Of a stretch of 64,000 bases of DNA, positions 1 through 12,530 are shown one piece after another. The stretch lies in NCBI RefSeq assembly GCF_009914755.1, contig NC_060935.1, one strand, 5' to 3'. Position 1 is the stretch's first letter, and each line of letters begins with the position of its first letter. The notes under the pieces are model-generated. The model saw only the letters and a list, made by a program, of their open reading frames with translations. It was not told the origin of the DNA and did not search any database. A program made the translations under genes and the position numbers. Source of the DNA: the human T2T-CHM13v2.0 reference genome, Homo sapiens.

Positions 1-519
1 GTTAAAGTAACCAGAGGAAGATGGATGATTTAAACAAAACAGGATTAGTAAGTTTAAGAATAAATACAAAGCATAAAACCAAGTTACACATAGAAATCAG
101 AATATTTACCCAAATTAAAATTAAGGTAGGAACTTTCTGGGCTTAAAACCTTTCTGCTTAGCAATGTCTCATCTGTTTCTAATTCTAGACTCAGGTCTTC
201 AAATAAGATGGAGAAGCTGTAGGTTTGCACTCTTCCTGTAATCAATGACAGTTTCAACCTCTTCAGAGCCCAATTTGTCGACTTCTATACGTGTGTGAAG
301 TCACAGGTTATTCTCTCCAAAATCATGAATTGAACTACACTTCAGCTTCCCTGGCCTTGTCAGTGTACCCAGCTATAGGGTCTGTCTCCTAAATAAGAAA
401 TAAAATGTTTATACATGGCCGCAACCCTTAGGGGTAGATAGCAGAAGTCTCAATTTTGGGTTCTTCATTGTATTCATGCCCTTCCATGGATAGCTTTGCA
501 ATTCCCCACCTCTAGCTCT

Positions 520-862
520 GATTCTAGGCTCTGACTGGAGGCTTGCATTGGGATGTTAGCAAACGTGATACAATCAGAAGACAGGAAAGTGCATATAAAA
601 TTGAGCTTCCTCTCTCTCTTGCACCCCTCTTACCTCTGTGAAAACTTTTCTGGGCTGTCCTTCTGGAAGATGAGAGACACAGAGAGCAAATCCAGTTACC
701 CTATTTGCCCTGGTTGACCTTGAGATATTTGAGTGAGTTTATCTAAGGTCAGCCAGGTTCCCTATCTGATCAGCCCAGTGTGTGCCATCCATGTTGATGT
801 TGTGTGTCACACTGAGTTTTATGAAGGTTACACAGCATTACTGTGCAACAGATAGCTCATAT
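520..862 (+). mobile_element. Old MaLR LTR (MLT1G-J-like), degraded
   Basis: 3' end 'acacagcattactgtgcaacagatagctcata' resembles the MLT1 terminus; internal 'gatgagagacacagagagca' is MLT1-like. Confidence 0.5.
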
Positions 863-929
863 GCGCCTCTCCCACTTTATCTATACTTCAAATCAGTCCG
901 TAATAATTCTTTAAACGTATATGTTAAAG

Positions 930-1141
930 CAGGAGTGTCCAATCTTTTGACTTCCCTGGGCTACATTGAAAGAATTGTCTTGAGCCACACATAAAATATA
1001 CTAACACTAGCAAGAGCTCATGAGCTAAAAAAAATTGCAAAAAAGTCTCATAATGGTTTAAGAAAGTTCAGGAATTTGTATTGGACTGCATTCAAAGCTG
1101 TCCTGGGCTGCATGTGGCCCATGGGCCATGGGTTGGACAAG
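930..1141 (+). mobile_element. MER30 (hAT-Charlie MITE)
   Basis: Starts caggagtgtccaatcttttgacttccctggg, ends catgggttggacaag; 8-bp hAT-type TSD TGTTAAAG at 922-929 and 1142-1149. Confidence 0.9.
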
Positions 1142-1489
1142 TGTTAAAGGCTACACAATCATCAAATGTATGGATTAGCTAAATTTGAGCATTTTTGTGG
1201 AAAGTAATGATTAAGGGCAAACCTTGTATATTGTAAGATATCAGATACAAAGTAAAAACTACTTTGTCCATCAGTGAACCTTTTTAACGGCTAATTTTGC
1301 TCCAAGAGTTAGGGGAAACTAAAAGGAGATTCCATTTAAAGAAAGAATTTTCCTGAGTGATCAAGATACAAAGCACTTCATATTAATTATAGTGGAAGAA
1401 AGCTGTAAGGTAAATTTGACACAGTCTCTATCCTGTAAGAAGTAGCAGTCAGATGAATTTCAAATGTGTATGAAATTCATTTTCAAGAT

Positions 1490-1638
1490 TTTCAGCTGTT
1501 TATGCACCTTTCAATCCTCACTCCTACTGCCTTGGTTCAGGATTCCATTATCTCATAAGTTGAAAGTGAAAACAGCCTCCCCCAATCCATCCTTCACTGT
1601 GCCAAAATGATCTTCATTAACCATAAATCTGACTAGTC
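1490..1638 (+). mobile_element. L2 fragment, left part of the L2 split by the ERVL relic
   Basis: 'caatccatccttcactgtgccaaaatgatcttcattaaccataaatctgac' is L2-like and continues colinearly at 4355. Confidence 0.6.
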
Positions 1639-2437
1639 AGATTCTTGGCACCAACTGGAAGTGGACAGCTGCAGCATTATAGCCTCAATCAGGAGTATTT
1701 TCGAAAGAGAGTGATGAGATGAAAAGAAACCCTCTCAGAGACAGAACTTCTAATAGTATATTTCATTATCCTCTGTCTCCACTGAGAAGTGTTTATATAT
1801 ATGAATCTATACTAGTTTAAGGGCAAAGGCTAATGGTTTGTTTAGATGGTCAAAAGTTTGAAAAGAACAGATTTGAAAGGTTGACAACAAGGAGGTCTGA
1901 GGAAGAGATGTGCAGATGACCTCTTGAAATGCACAGAAAGCGTGGAAGTATTTTTGACCCAAGGTCCCTAAAGAGAAATAATTGCATGCAGAAGATATTC
2001 TTGATAATCAGTTGGACATGATGATATGTATGCAGATGTCATTCTCTTTCTTAGGCATCATCATGGCATAACATGAGAACTGGACATAGTTTTAAACATG
2101 TCATTTTCCTACAAAGGTTGACCTCACTGCTGCGAAGTGCCTAATCAAAACCAATGAGTTAAAGTCCCTGAATGGTACCATTCCTTTATTTGGCAGGCAC
2201 CTGGTAGCAGGTTGATTGTATTAGACCCCTCAATCTTACCTCTTGGAACTGTGCATTCTGCATTTGGATTGCCTGTCCCTGTTTGAAATCTTCTGCCAGC
2301 ACTGACATCTGTGCACTTACACAATGCCTGACTTGCCATCATGCTATCACTCAGAATATAGCTTCTGACTCAGGAACACATGTCCAATAGTAAAAGTAAA
2401 TGGAAAATTACAACAATCAAAAGAAAAGAAAGGTTAC
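1639..2437 (+). pseudogene. ERVL-class pol relic (RNase H and integrase), degenerate
   Basis: Translated patches GTNWKWTAAAL*P, KANGLFRWS, KVDNKEV*GR, TW*QVDCIRP and ALTQCLTCHHAITQNIASDSGTH match HERVL pol motifs KWTAAALQP, WWQVDYIGP and GLTECLIHRHGIPHSIASDQGTH. Confidence 0.8.
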
Positions 2438-2982
2438 CATAATGGTTAATTTTATGTGTCAACTTGCCTTCATTAAGGGATTTCCGGATGGCTGTTAAAA
2501 CATTATTTCTGGGTGTGTCTGGGAGGATATTTCCAGAAGAGATTATCATGTGCATCAGTAGACTGAGTAAAGAAGATTCCCCCTTAGCAATGTGGGCAGG
2601 CATCATCCAATCCCTAGAGGGCTTCAGTGGAACAAAAAGGTGGAGGAACTGCAAACTTGCTCTCTTATCTGAAGCTGGGGCATCCATCCTCTCCTGCCAC
2701 TGGACATCAGAGCTCCAGGTTCTTGGGCCTTTAGACTCTGAGGCTTCTTATATCAGTGATACTCCACATTCTTATTCTCAGGTCTTTCGCCTTGGGTGCT
2801 CAGGCCTTCAGACTCAAGACTGAATTATGACACCACTGATGTTCCTGGCTCTCCAGCATGCAGAAACCATGTAGTGAAACTTACTGGCCTCTATAATCAC
2901 ATGAGCCAGTTCCCAAAATAAATTTATCTTTAATACCTGTGTATATCCTATTGATTCTGTTTCTCTGGAGAATCCTAACACA
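2438..2982 (+). mobile_element. MLT2 LTR (MLT2B-D-like)
   Basis: Start aatggttaattttatgtgtcaactt; internal gtagactgagtaaagaagat and ggcatcatccaatcc; end cctattgattctgtttctctggagaatcctaacaca. Confidence 0.9.
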
Positions 2983-3374
2983 GTCACAAAGAATTCATGC
3001 CTCAGCGGAGTATAAGTTTGAATAAAGAATACTGACAAGCTGAGAAGCTTGTTGAAGCCCTAGGGGATATGAGATGAGTAAAGAAATGTGTTAATAAATT
3101 GTGGCCGGTTACCATTCTACAGAATTCAGTATAATAACAACTGCATAGAGTTTTATTGTTAGGAATATATATATATATGTCATTTAAATAAATTAATATA
3201 CAAAAATATATAGCCTTTATGTTAGCCTTTATATTATGGACTATACAGTTGGGATTATGACAGAATTAAAGGAGAAATTAACATCACCCAGAGACAAGAT
3301 GGACACCATAATGGTTGGGACTTTAAGTATCATATTGCATATCATTAGGAGGCTGAGTGGTCAAAGCAGTGGAC
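2983..3374 (+). mobile_element. ERVL 3' internal region ending in a PPT-like sequence
   Basis: 'agctgagaagcttgttgaag' resembles the ERVL integrase C-terminal region; 'caaagcagtggac' resembles the ERVL PPT 'aaggggtggac' and directly precedes the LTR33. Confidence 0.55.
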
Positions 3375-4354
3375 CGCGCCATTTATTGTTTCCTCTCAGC
3401 ACCAGCTCTACCCTTCTGTGTCAGCCTACTGATGCTGGGTCTAGCACTGCAAACTGCCTATCTTATCTCCTTTGCCAACTGGCTTCCTATTGTTAAATTC
3501 TGCCAGTAGGGGGTGGAAGAGGAAGGCTGGAAGGTAGGAATCTGCTGTACCAGCAATGTCCCAGCAACAATACTCTGCCCTAGCAGGAGCTAGTCAGCTT
3601 CTTGCAGCCTCCAGCTTCTTTCCACATGTTAATGCCAGGTTCATTGTGCCCACTTAAAGGTTCAGCAGCAGCTAGACTGCACCCTGTCCTCAGAGTCAGA
3701 GCTCAAATTCAAACACCCCTCCTCACATTGAATTTATGTAGTTGTATTAGTCCATTTTGCATTGCTATAAATAAGTACCTAAGACTGGTTAATTTATAAA
3801 GAGGTTTATTCGGCTTATGGTTCTGCAGTTTTACAAGAAGCATCTGCTCCTAGTGAGGCCTCAGGGAGCTCACAATCCTGGAGGAAGGTGAAGGGAGACC
3901 AGCATGTCACATGGTGAGAGAGGGAGTGAGAGAGAGAGATGGGGGAGGGAAGCCCCAAACTCTTTTTAACAACTAGATCTCCATGAACTAACAGAGTGAG
4001 AACTCCTTACCACACTGCACCTCAGGCACCAGCTCTTTATGAGGGATCTGTCCCCATGCTCTCAGCGCCTCCCGTCAGTCCCCTTCTCCAACACTAATCA
4101 CATTTCAACATGAGATTTGGAGGGGACACACATCCAAATTAACCTCTTCTATATATTTCCAAAGTCATATGGATGGTAGCTGCTTCTTGTAGTTATTATC
4201 TCGGGATTGCATTAGTTACTATGCCTGAATTACTTTAGTGTTCCCAATTGCTCATTCAGCCTCCAACGCCTGTAAAACCAGTTCCCTTTATTATAGTCTC
4301 TATGTTGAAATATCTAGTGTGGTTTCTGTCTTCCTGACTTCTCAGTGACAAACA
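3375..4354 (+). mobile_element. LTR33-like LTR, interrupted by MST at 3743-4145
   Basis: 'ccaactggcttcctattgttaaattctgccag' and the 3' end 'gaaatatctagtgtggtttctgtcttcctgac...tgacaaaca' match LTR33. Confidence 0.72.
3743..4145 (-). mobile_element. MST (MSTA/MSTB-like) MaLR solo LTR
   Basis: tgtattagtccattttgcattgctataa ... catttcaacatgagatttggaggggacacacatccaaa is the reverse complement of an MST LTR. Confidence 0.9.
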
Positions 4355-4560
4355 TAGTCTCTCATAGATTTAAAATTGCAATAGCTTCATATTGCTCCTA
4401 GGGTAAGGTTCAAAACTCTCTGACTTGGCGTATAATGCTCTTCACATTTTTGCTTTTCTGACTTGCCTTCTACCACCTCCACCTATTATTCAAGTGATTC
4501 CAGCCAAATTGCCATTCCCAGGATGCTTCATCCTCTAATCCTTTTCATATGACATTTTCC
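4355..4560 (+). mobile_element. L2 fragment, right part of the L2 split by the ERVL relic
   Basis: 'tttaaaattgcaatagcttcatattgctcctagggtaaggttcaaaactc' continues the L2 ending at 1638. Confidence 0.55.
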
Positions 4561-5029
4561 CCACTTACTTTGTATGATGTATACTTTTTTTCCCAAGCAG
4601 CACAATCTTTTTTTATTTATCATCCTGTTTCACTTCATATACTCTTTTGATCTTTCAGGACTTGTGTCTCATACTCTAATGACTCTTCAAGGATCACGTT
4701 TTGAACACACAAACACAAATCTCTGAACGTACAGGAAGAAAGAGGGGAAGATATCACATACATACATCACAATCTCCAAGGCTGTATTAGCTGTCTTTGC
4801 TTGTTGCTGTTTTAGCACATAACGCTGTAATGAATGGTTTGTGTACTCCAATAGCATAGTGCTAATTCCCAATAGGAGTTCTTTAAGTAGTTGGCAAATA
4901 ACTTAGATAAATACAATATAAAAGATAGGTGAGGAAAATGCCAAGAACAACTACAAAAAAAGGAAGATGTTCTATTGGATTAAAAATAATTAAAAAGCTT
5001 TAAGGTTCATCAAAGTCTATTGTGAGTGA

Positions 5030-5204
5030 ATATATTGGGCCCATCTGAATAATTGAGGATGATATCTTATGTTAAGATCAGCTGATTACCACCCTTAATT
5101 TCAACTACACTCTTAAATCCCTTTGCCAAGCAATGTAACATATTCATAGGTTCTGGGAATTAGGACGTGAAGATCTTTGGGGGACCGTTATTCTATCTAA
5201 CACA
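5030..5204 (-). mobile_element. MLT1C/D-like LTR fragment
   Basis: 'gtaacatattcataggttctgggaattaggacgtgaagatctttgggggaccgttattctatctaacaca' is the reverse complement of an MLT1 5' end. Confidence 0.75.
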
Positions 5205-5761
5205 ATCACTATTAGAACACTTAGAAAAGACATTGTGAATTAGATGATTATAAATTACCACTCAGGTTCTATGCCATTCTCATAGTTTTCATCACAGTCT
5301 AATTGATTCAAGGGAATTTTCTTTATTCACCACCGGAATAGCCCAATGTGAATGCATGTGCTACTTTTCACTTATGTTACAGTTTTTCTCATTTCTGTGT
5401 ATCAATGATTAGTGAAGATGGAGTTTAGAAGAGATTAAATGAGTATACAATATAGTCGCCAGCCAGAAGCCAGCAAGAGACCTGTGCCCGTTATGTCCCT
5501 GTGTGTTTTCTTTCCCTAACCCCAAGATTTGAAAGAAAAAAAAATGTTTAACGGAACAGGAGGTTGCAGTAAACAGATTTAACTGCACACAGTTATGACC
5601 TCTGAGATTCCTGAAATTTTCTGAGATTTCAGAAAATGAAGAGAAGACTGAGCAATATGAAATATTGATCTCATGTTTGTTTCAGCTTTTGTAAATGGCA
5701 ATGTAAAGTATAGAAAAATATTTCCAATTGAGCCTATTAAGCTTAACGTAAGCTATCAACA

Positions 5762-6018
5762 TTTTTTTTTTTTTTTTTTTGAGACAGAGTCTCGCTCTGT
5801 TGCCCAGGCTGGAGTGCAGTGGCACGACACAATCTCAGCTCACTGCAAGCTCCACCTCCTGGGTTCACCCCATTCTCCTGCCTCAGCCTCCCAAGTAGCT
5901 GGGACTACAGGCACCCGCCACCATGTCCAGCTAATTTTTTATATTTTTAGTAGAGACGGGGTTTCACTGTGTTAGCCAAGATGGTTTTCATCTCCTGACC
6001 TCGTGATCTGCCTGCCTC
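5762..6018 (-). mobile_element. AluY, 5'-truncated
   Basis: Poly-T then gagacagagtctcgctctg; Y diagnostics gcaagctcc and gtgttagcc; first ~45 nt absent; TSD GCTATCAA at 5752-5759 and 6019-6026. Confidence 0.93.
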
Positions 6019-6734
6019 GCTATCAATTTTTAAATAGCATGTATAAAAGAAAAGAGGTTTTTAATCAAGAGTATCATTAATAATTAGCTTTTTCTAAAAG
6101 TTATTTTTATTTGTGTTTGAGCAAGTATGGTAGATATCTGGTTCTAACTTTGGCAACCGCCTGAGAGAGTAATTAGCTAATAAGCCTCTTTCTGTAATAA
6201 AATTTAATTCAATTTAATTCTGTGTCCCATAGAATATAGCAAGATGCCTGTAATACATTAGTAGGCAAGTGAAAAAGCCATAGGCCTATCATTACTTAAC
6301 ATGTGTTTCCTAAAATGTGATGCTTTTTTTATTCTCAGTGTTTCTCTTTTAAAGGTGATTAATATTTTGCTATATGCACTTAGTTTCTTCTTTCCTTTTG
6401 CATGAAATTTAAAACATGAAGGATACATTAGTAAGGATTGAGTTAAAATTTTTAAAACAAAAAAATGCAACCAAATTTTTGGATGTTTAACTGCAGACAC
6501 AGATTTGAAATAGCAGCATTTTCAGACTAGTTTATCAACTTCCTCCTGTGCTCACTGTTCTTCCATCAACATCTCTGTCTCCATTAAGAATGGGCTGAAT
6601 CATGGTATCTTCAGGCAGCTTTCTGCAGCCCCTGCAGGTCAACCCTTGACTGACCTCCATTTACTCATACTTAGATTACCGAAAGCTCTCCATTTTCCCC
6701 TGTAAAACACAAATACGGAGAATCAAATGTACTG

Positions 6735-7330
6735 CTGACTCATAGTTGTTAGCCAACTCTGTATACCTCCTGTTCACTGTGTTCTGTTCAGCCAACTGGT
6801 ATTTAATATGTTAATGTTGGCTCATTTGTATTTGTAAGTAAAGAATAAAACACAAAGGCAAAGAAGAAGAGCTGTTACTTATATGAATATCAAGGAGGCT
6901 GCTTTGAAGTGGTTTGATAAAGACAAGATGCTAAAACAAAACTGCTGCTAAGTTATATGTGGGTGAGGCTACTGTTAAAGTTTGAGGAATACATAACTAA
7001 AAATCATGCAGCATTTTTCACTGAGATTATATGGGTCTAGAAACTGTAGAATATACATTATAACCAGAATTAATGTAAGAAAGACAATGCTAATTACTAA
7101 CCAAAGACTACATAGCTATGAAAAGGCCTTTTCTCTATAGTAAAATATTAGTAAATTTATATATATATATATATAGTATACACACATATACATATATATT
7201 TAAATATATTTAAAGATAAGTCCCTTTTAGCTACATGTATAATATTTTATAATACTCTTTAACAACTGCTTTAACAGGCTAGTTAGATTAATTGACCCCA
7301 ATTGTATTAAATAAGAAGGATTTGCTATAG
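6735..7330 (+). mobile_element. Ancient Tigger-family DNA transposon relic with degenerate N-terminal HTH coding remnant
   Basis: 'aaagaagaagagctgttac...tttgataaagac...tgtgggtgaggctactgttaaag' resembles pogo/Tigger N-termini (KRKRVV..LDKG..GVGETTVK); heavily decayed. Confidence 0.45.
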
Positions 7331-7532
7331 TGAGGATTTGGTTATCCTGAACATCATGCTAATTCTTGAGTTTGGTTTCGTGCCAGTTATTAATCTCTCC
7401 TTTTCAAATGAATCAAGTAGATTGTTCTTTATGCCTGCAACAGTCATTCTAAAATAATGCCCTTTTTAAGAGCTGAAAAAGACCATTTTGGGTTTCATTT
7501 CAAAGAAGATGCTAAATTTCATGAAGCTGCGT

Positions 7533-7770
7533 ATTATATAGATTAAGGACATGGATTTGATGCCTCATTGGTTTTCAGTTCTGATACATCTTGATTATAT
7601 TACCTTGGACAAGACACTTAATTTTTATAAGTCTCAGGTTTATTTTTATTAGGACAATGAAAATAAATAATAGGACCTAACATGATTGTTGTGAGGTTTA
7701 AACACATCAATATACATAGACTAAATAGCATGGTGGTTTACATTTACCATATGCATAGTACCTGTTATTA
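7533..7770 (+). mobile_element. MIR
   Basis: Core 'accttggacaagacacttaattt...ctcaggttt...aaaataaataataggacc...gttgtgaggtttaaa'. Confidence 0.7.
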
Positions 7771-8016
7771 ATAATAAGGAAAATTTTCCAAGGTCTGGCA
7801 CGTAATTAGTGGTTGAGTTAAAAGCAGAATTCAGATCTCTTTAATAGGAAATATTAATAAAATAAGACATAATCTATAACATCGGCTCATAATTGATATT
7901 GAATAAGTGTAATTACTGTTAGTGTAAGCTATCTTCAATTTTTAAATTTGTTATAGAATATCATGTTACTTTAAGAAATACAGGTTGGGAAGTGGAGATA
8001 GAAGTGGGGAGAAACA

Positions 8017-8311
8017 GGCCAGGCATGGTGGCTCAGGCCTGTAATCCCAGCACTTTGGGAGGCCGAGGCAGGCAGATCACACGGTCATGAGATCAAGACC
8101 ATTCTGGCTAACATGGTGAAACCCCATCTCCACTAAAAAATACAAAAAATTAGCCGGGCGTGGTGGTGGGCGCCTGTAGTCCCAGCTACTCAGGAGGCTG
8201 AGGCAGGAGAATGGCGTGAACCCGGGAGATGGAGCTTGCAGTGAGCCGAGATGCGCCACTGCCCTCCAGCCTGGGCAACAGAGCGAAACTCCGTCTCAAA
8301 AAAAAAAAAAA
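8017..8311 (+). mobile_element. AluY, full length
   Basis: Dimer with gagaatggcgtgaacccggga and gagcttgcagt; poly-A; TSD aagtg(g/a)ggagaaaca at 8002-8016 and 8312-8326. Confidence 0.95.
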
Positions 8312-9904
8312 AAGTGAGGAGAAACAAGAAATAATCACATATCTCTGGGAAGAGGGAACCAAAACTCCATGGTTTTCTAGTTTTGTACAATAATCAAGGA
8401 GACTTGCTTTATCATAGATGTTGCCAAGCTCAGTACCCTTAAAATCACCAACAATTCCTGTCCTTGAGAAGCTTACAGGTAGTAAAAAGAAAAGTAAACA
8501 AATAAACACACACACAGCCACACTCATATACACATGATGTGTATAATCGAGAATTCTAGATGGAATTATCTTTGTGTAAGAAATAGTATTTTTTGAAAGA
8601 CCTTTCTGTAATGGTTTTATTTATTCTGCATAGATAGCTTTGAAACTGAGACCCAAAGGATAAGTTTCAATATGCTTTGTAACTGGTCCAGGATAGTGGT
8701 GAGTCTTGCTTTATATAAAGGGACCAAAAGAAAAAAAATTCTCACTCAGTAATCCAAACATGACAAAAAATAGGTTATGACTGTGTAGCCAAAAAATTGA
8801 TGTACCAAAGATTGTTATGTGACTTATTCATAACTAAAAACCCATAGGTATATAATTTTCCCCATCTAGATCAAATATATTCTATCCTCATACAGCTACA
8901 AAATAGCTGTGACAAGAGATTTATTCCTCTTTTATGAATGATCTATGGACATTCTTGTGTAAATTTCACAGAATGTCTAGTACTGAACCAGAATAATCTG
9001 ATTGATAGAGAGCTGTAGCTAATCCCTAGCATTAGGATTTTGTTTAATTAGAGTTTGTTAGAAAATTCTACTTCGGAGAAGAGTTAGTGGTATTTTCAGT
9101 ATTTTGTGTCATTATAAACTAGACATGTTTATTCCAGTTAACATAAGCTGTAAAACCATCTATAATAGCAAGACTTCCCAGTCAGTAATAAAAACAGGCA
9201 AACACAGGCCATCTGTGTTTGAGGTGAATCCCTAAATATTCTAGGCCATGTTTGCTGAAGTATGTTTAGTAATTGGTCTTTAGTTAGGTTTGGGGGACTC
9301 TTAGGAACATAGGCTTTAGTGGATTTTTTGTTGTTGTTGAATTAGACTTTTTGGGAACCCTTTTCTCAGGCAAAGAGTGATGAAATTCAACCCTTGGGAA
9401 AGATCATGCTTACTTCCCTTAACTACTATTCTAAATATTCCAATTTTTTCCCATAATTCTCTCATCAGGGAATGAATTTGTTCTCAAATTTTTAAAACAG
9501 GAATCAATTGATAAATAAATAAACCTCCTCTCCACAGGCTCTAATTTGAGGCACAGAAGTTGTGTCAGAAAACTTAAAATATATAATTGTCAAAAATGCG
9601 CAGTTTCATTGGAAACATCATTGGTTTTCACAACAATGCTATCTACCATTCACAAGAATAACAGATCTTGAGCTGCGTCTGTATGTGGCTACATTATAAG
9701 AATGTCTTTTGATAAGTGTAAAAGCATAATAATCAAACATGGTTACAATTTGTGAGCGTCAGTTCTTGTGCCAGGATATATGAATATCATCATGCATAAA
9801 TCTTTACAACCATTCTCAATGTTGGTATTAGTTATTTTTTTCACAAATTACAAACTGCATTTCAGAATAAAAGATGTTAAATTACAGTCCAGCTAACAGA
9901 TATT

Positions 9905-10291
9905 TGTGGTTTTTTTATGTTTATTCATGTTTAATGTCTCTCCTTAAGGTGTTCCTTTGTGACAGAGAAGTACACATCTCACCCTGCAGAACTCAGGCAC
10001 AACCACATGACTTGCTTTGGCAGGTGAAATATGAGCAGAAGTAATGTATGTCCCTTCAGAGCAGACACTTTTAAGAGCCAGCATGTGCCACCATTTTGCT
10101 CTGCCATGAGAACTGGCAATGTTCAAAATGCAGCCTGCCCAATCAGCCAGGGCTAAACAGAGGAAATGATATGGAAGAGACTTGCAGCCAACCAAATACA
10201 GATATGTAATATATTCTAGAAATAAATCTTAATTGTCAGCCACTGAAATCTGGGGGTTGTTACTGTAGCATAACGTAACCTGATTGGCACA
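9905..10291 (+). mobile_element. MLT1J-like MaLR LTR
   Basis: 'cacatgacttgctttggc...gagcagaagt...tttaagagccagc...aaataaatctt...agccactgaaatctgggggttgttactgtagcataac'. Confidence 0.8.
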
Positions 10292-11165
10292 GTACCAAAG
10301 GCAAGAAAAGCCCTCAACTGAATTTAACCTTAAGGCCCATACTTATATGCTGATTTTTCTTAAAAGAACTAAACCTCTTAGCATTACAGTTATTCATCAG
10401 TGTTACCTTTGTGACCATGTTCCCTATAATTGTACATTTAAATTCATCTATATTCACTTAGTAATCTATTTTCCACTCTTGGATCTGCACTATTTCTTGT
10501 CTCTGTGCCTTTATTTATTCTAATAAATAAATAAATGCAAACATAGAACTATATCCAGTATTTCTTCCCTTTTATCCAACAATCTTTACAGTGAACAAGA
10601 CCTTGCTTATAATTTCCCAGTTATAGAAATGTTTCCTGATTAAATCTATACTTTGCAATGAGTCAATACATTGAAAACAACTAAATCTATTTTTATATCT
10701 AAATTACCATGATGTCAGCAATTCATAGGGCTCTTATATCACTAATGTCTATTTTCAGTTCTTTATCCATGGGAAAAGAATATTCAATGGGACGTCATAT
10801 TCAATGAGACCATGAAATAATACATACCCTTATAGATGCCCCAAAGGAAGTTAAGTTCCAAGCAATATTGTTCAACAGCATCTCCACAATTTTATTTTCA
10901 AAGTTCAGAATTTCTGACTCCCTCATGTAATGAGAGTATTGTCATTTTGTTGTTTGGCAAGGTTGGGTGGAGTTTCAGGCATAAAGCAGCTCAGAGACTT
11001 TATTCAATAAAGAATGGACAAAGTGGTCCCCACCCATTGCCTAAGTGTGCAGGTATTTCCTATGTGGGAAATATTTTCACTCAAAAAAATAAATAAATAA
11101 TAAGAAGAACAGTACTAAGGATAAAAACAGCAGCAGCAAAAGATGTTGACTGTGTTTTGGGACAA

Positions 11166-11355
11166 TCTCTCTCTCTCTCTCCATATGTGTGTGTGTGTGT
11201 GTGTATATACATATATACATATTATATATACATATACATATTATATATAATGTATATACATATTATATATAGTTATTTGTGTGTGTATATATGTATATAC
11301 ACACACACTACATATTATATATAATGTTATATGTACTATGTAACACATATATATA
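11166..11355. repeat. (TC)n/(TG)n/(TA)n compound microsatellite
   Basis: Directly visible dinucleotide runs. Confidence 0.9.
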
Positions 11356-11681
11356 GTCATATGTATGACAACTATAAAATGATGCTAGGCTAATAAATAG
11401 ATATATCTGGTTGTAAAGTTTCTATATTTTACTTGAAGTGATACATTATGAACTCCAAATAACTATGATGTTTAAAAAGCAAACTCTAATATATTATGCA
11501 AAAAAATACAGTTCAAAGATCGTAGATACATTAAAATGGAATGTTTTTCATTCCACCTTTCCCCAAAAAAGAACCCCAATTAATTTAAGTAAGGCAGGAA
11601 AGGAGAAAAAGAGGGAGAAAGAAGTGGGTAGAAATAGAAAACAAAAAATAGTAAAATTAAATCCAACTATATCAATAATTA
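11356..11681 (+). mobile_element. Old L1M inter-ORF region and ORF2 start
   Basis: A-rich; ends 'aaatccaactatatcaataatt' = NPTISII of the ORF2 endonuclease N-terminus. Confidence 0.7.
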
Positions 11682-11689
11682 TCTTGGAT

Positions 11690-11908
11690 AGTACTTTTTG
11701 CTTACAAGTCTACTTTATCTAATGTTAATACAGTCATTTCAGTCTTTTTATGCTTACTGTTTGTATAATATGCTCTTTTATCATTTTACATGCAATATAA
11801 CTGTGCCTTTACATTCGATGTGCCTCTTCTACTAACATCATATAGAGATGGCTTTTATATCCACTCATAATTTTTGCCTTTTAATTGAAGATATTTGTCT
11901 ATCAACTT
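11690..11908 (-). mobile_element. Inverted continuation of the same L1M ORF2 endonuclease
   Basis: Reverse complement gives SSIKRQKL and TVLTLDKVDL, matching the L1 EN motifs SPIKRQRL and AILISDKVDF. Confidence 0.7.
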
Positions 11909-12296
11909 CTGTTAACAGTTAGGGTTAACAGATAGGGTTAATGCCCAAGAAACCATATCTTCTGTCCCTAACACTAGCATACATACATATATTCTCTAGT
12001 TCAGGCCCTGAATGAACATTGTGATTGTGTATTTTCCAGCGGATAAGAAATAATCCTACCATATAAATTCATAAAGTTATGTTGATATGCAAAACTCCAC
12101 AGCACTGGAACCCTTGTATTATACAAGACAAATTTCTCAAAGTTAATCAGAGGCCCTGTGCCTTCTTCAAATATCTCTCTATGATGAGCAGGTGTCCTTC
12201 CAATGATTAGAGCCTTCATCATGCCATCAGCCTAGAGATACAAAATATCCATAGGCATGTTACAATTTTTATAAAATTGCTATAACACCATTTTCT

Positions 12297-12530
12297 TTTT
12301 TTAAATTTTTAATTATACTTTAAGTTCTAGGGTACATGTGCACAACGTGCAGGTTTGTTACATATGTATACATGTGCCATGTTGGTGGGCTGTACCCATT
12401 AACTCGTCATTTACATTAGGTATATCTGTTAATGCTTTCCCTCCCCCCTCTCCCCACCCCACAACAGGCCCCGGTGTGTGATGTTCCCCTTCTCATTGTT
12501 CAATTTCTACCTATGAGTGAGAACATGCGG
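12297..12530 (-). mobile_element. Very short 5'-truncated L1PA (L1PA4-6-like) 3'UTR
   Basis: 'attatactttaagttctagggtacatgtgcacaacgtgcagg...'; perfect 16-bp TSD TATAACACCATTTTCT at 12281-12296 and 12531-12546. Confidence 0.95.

Noticed and set aside
1453-1480. 10-bp-arm inverted repeat ATGAATTTCA/TGAAATTCAT
   Set aside because: Short and AT-rich; compatible with chance.
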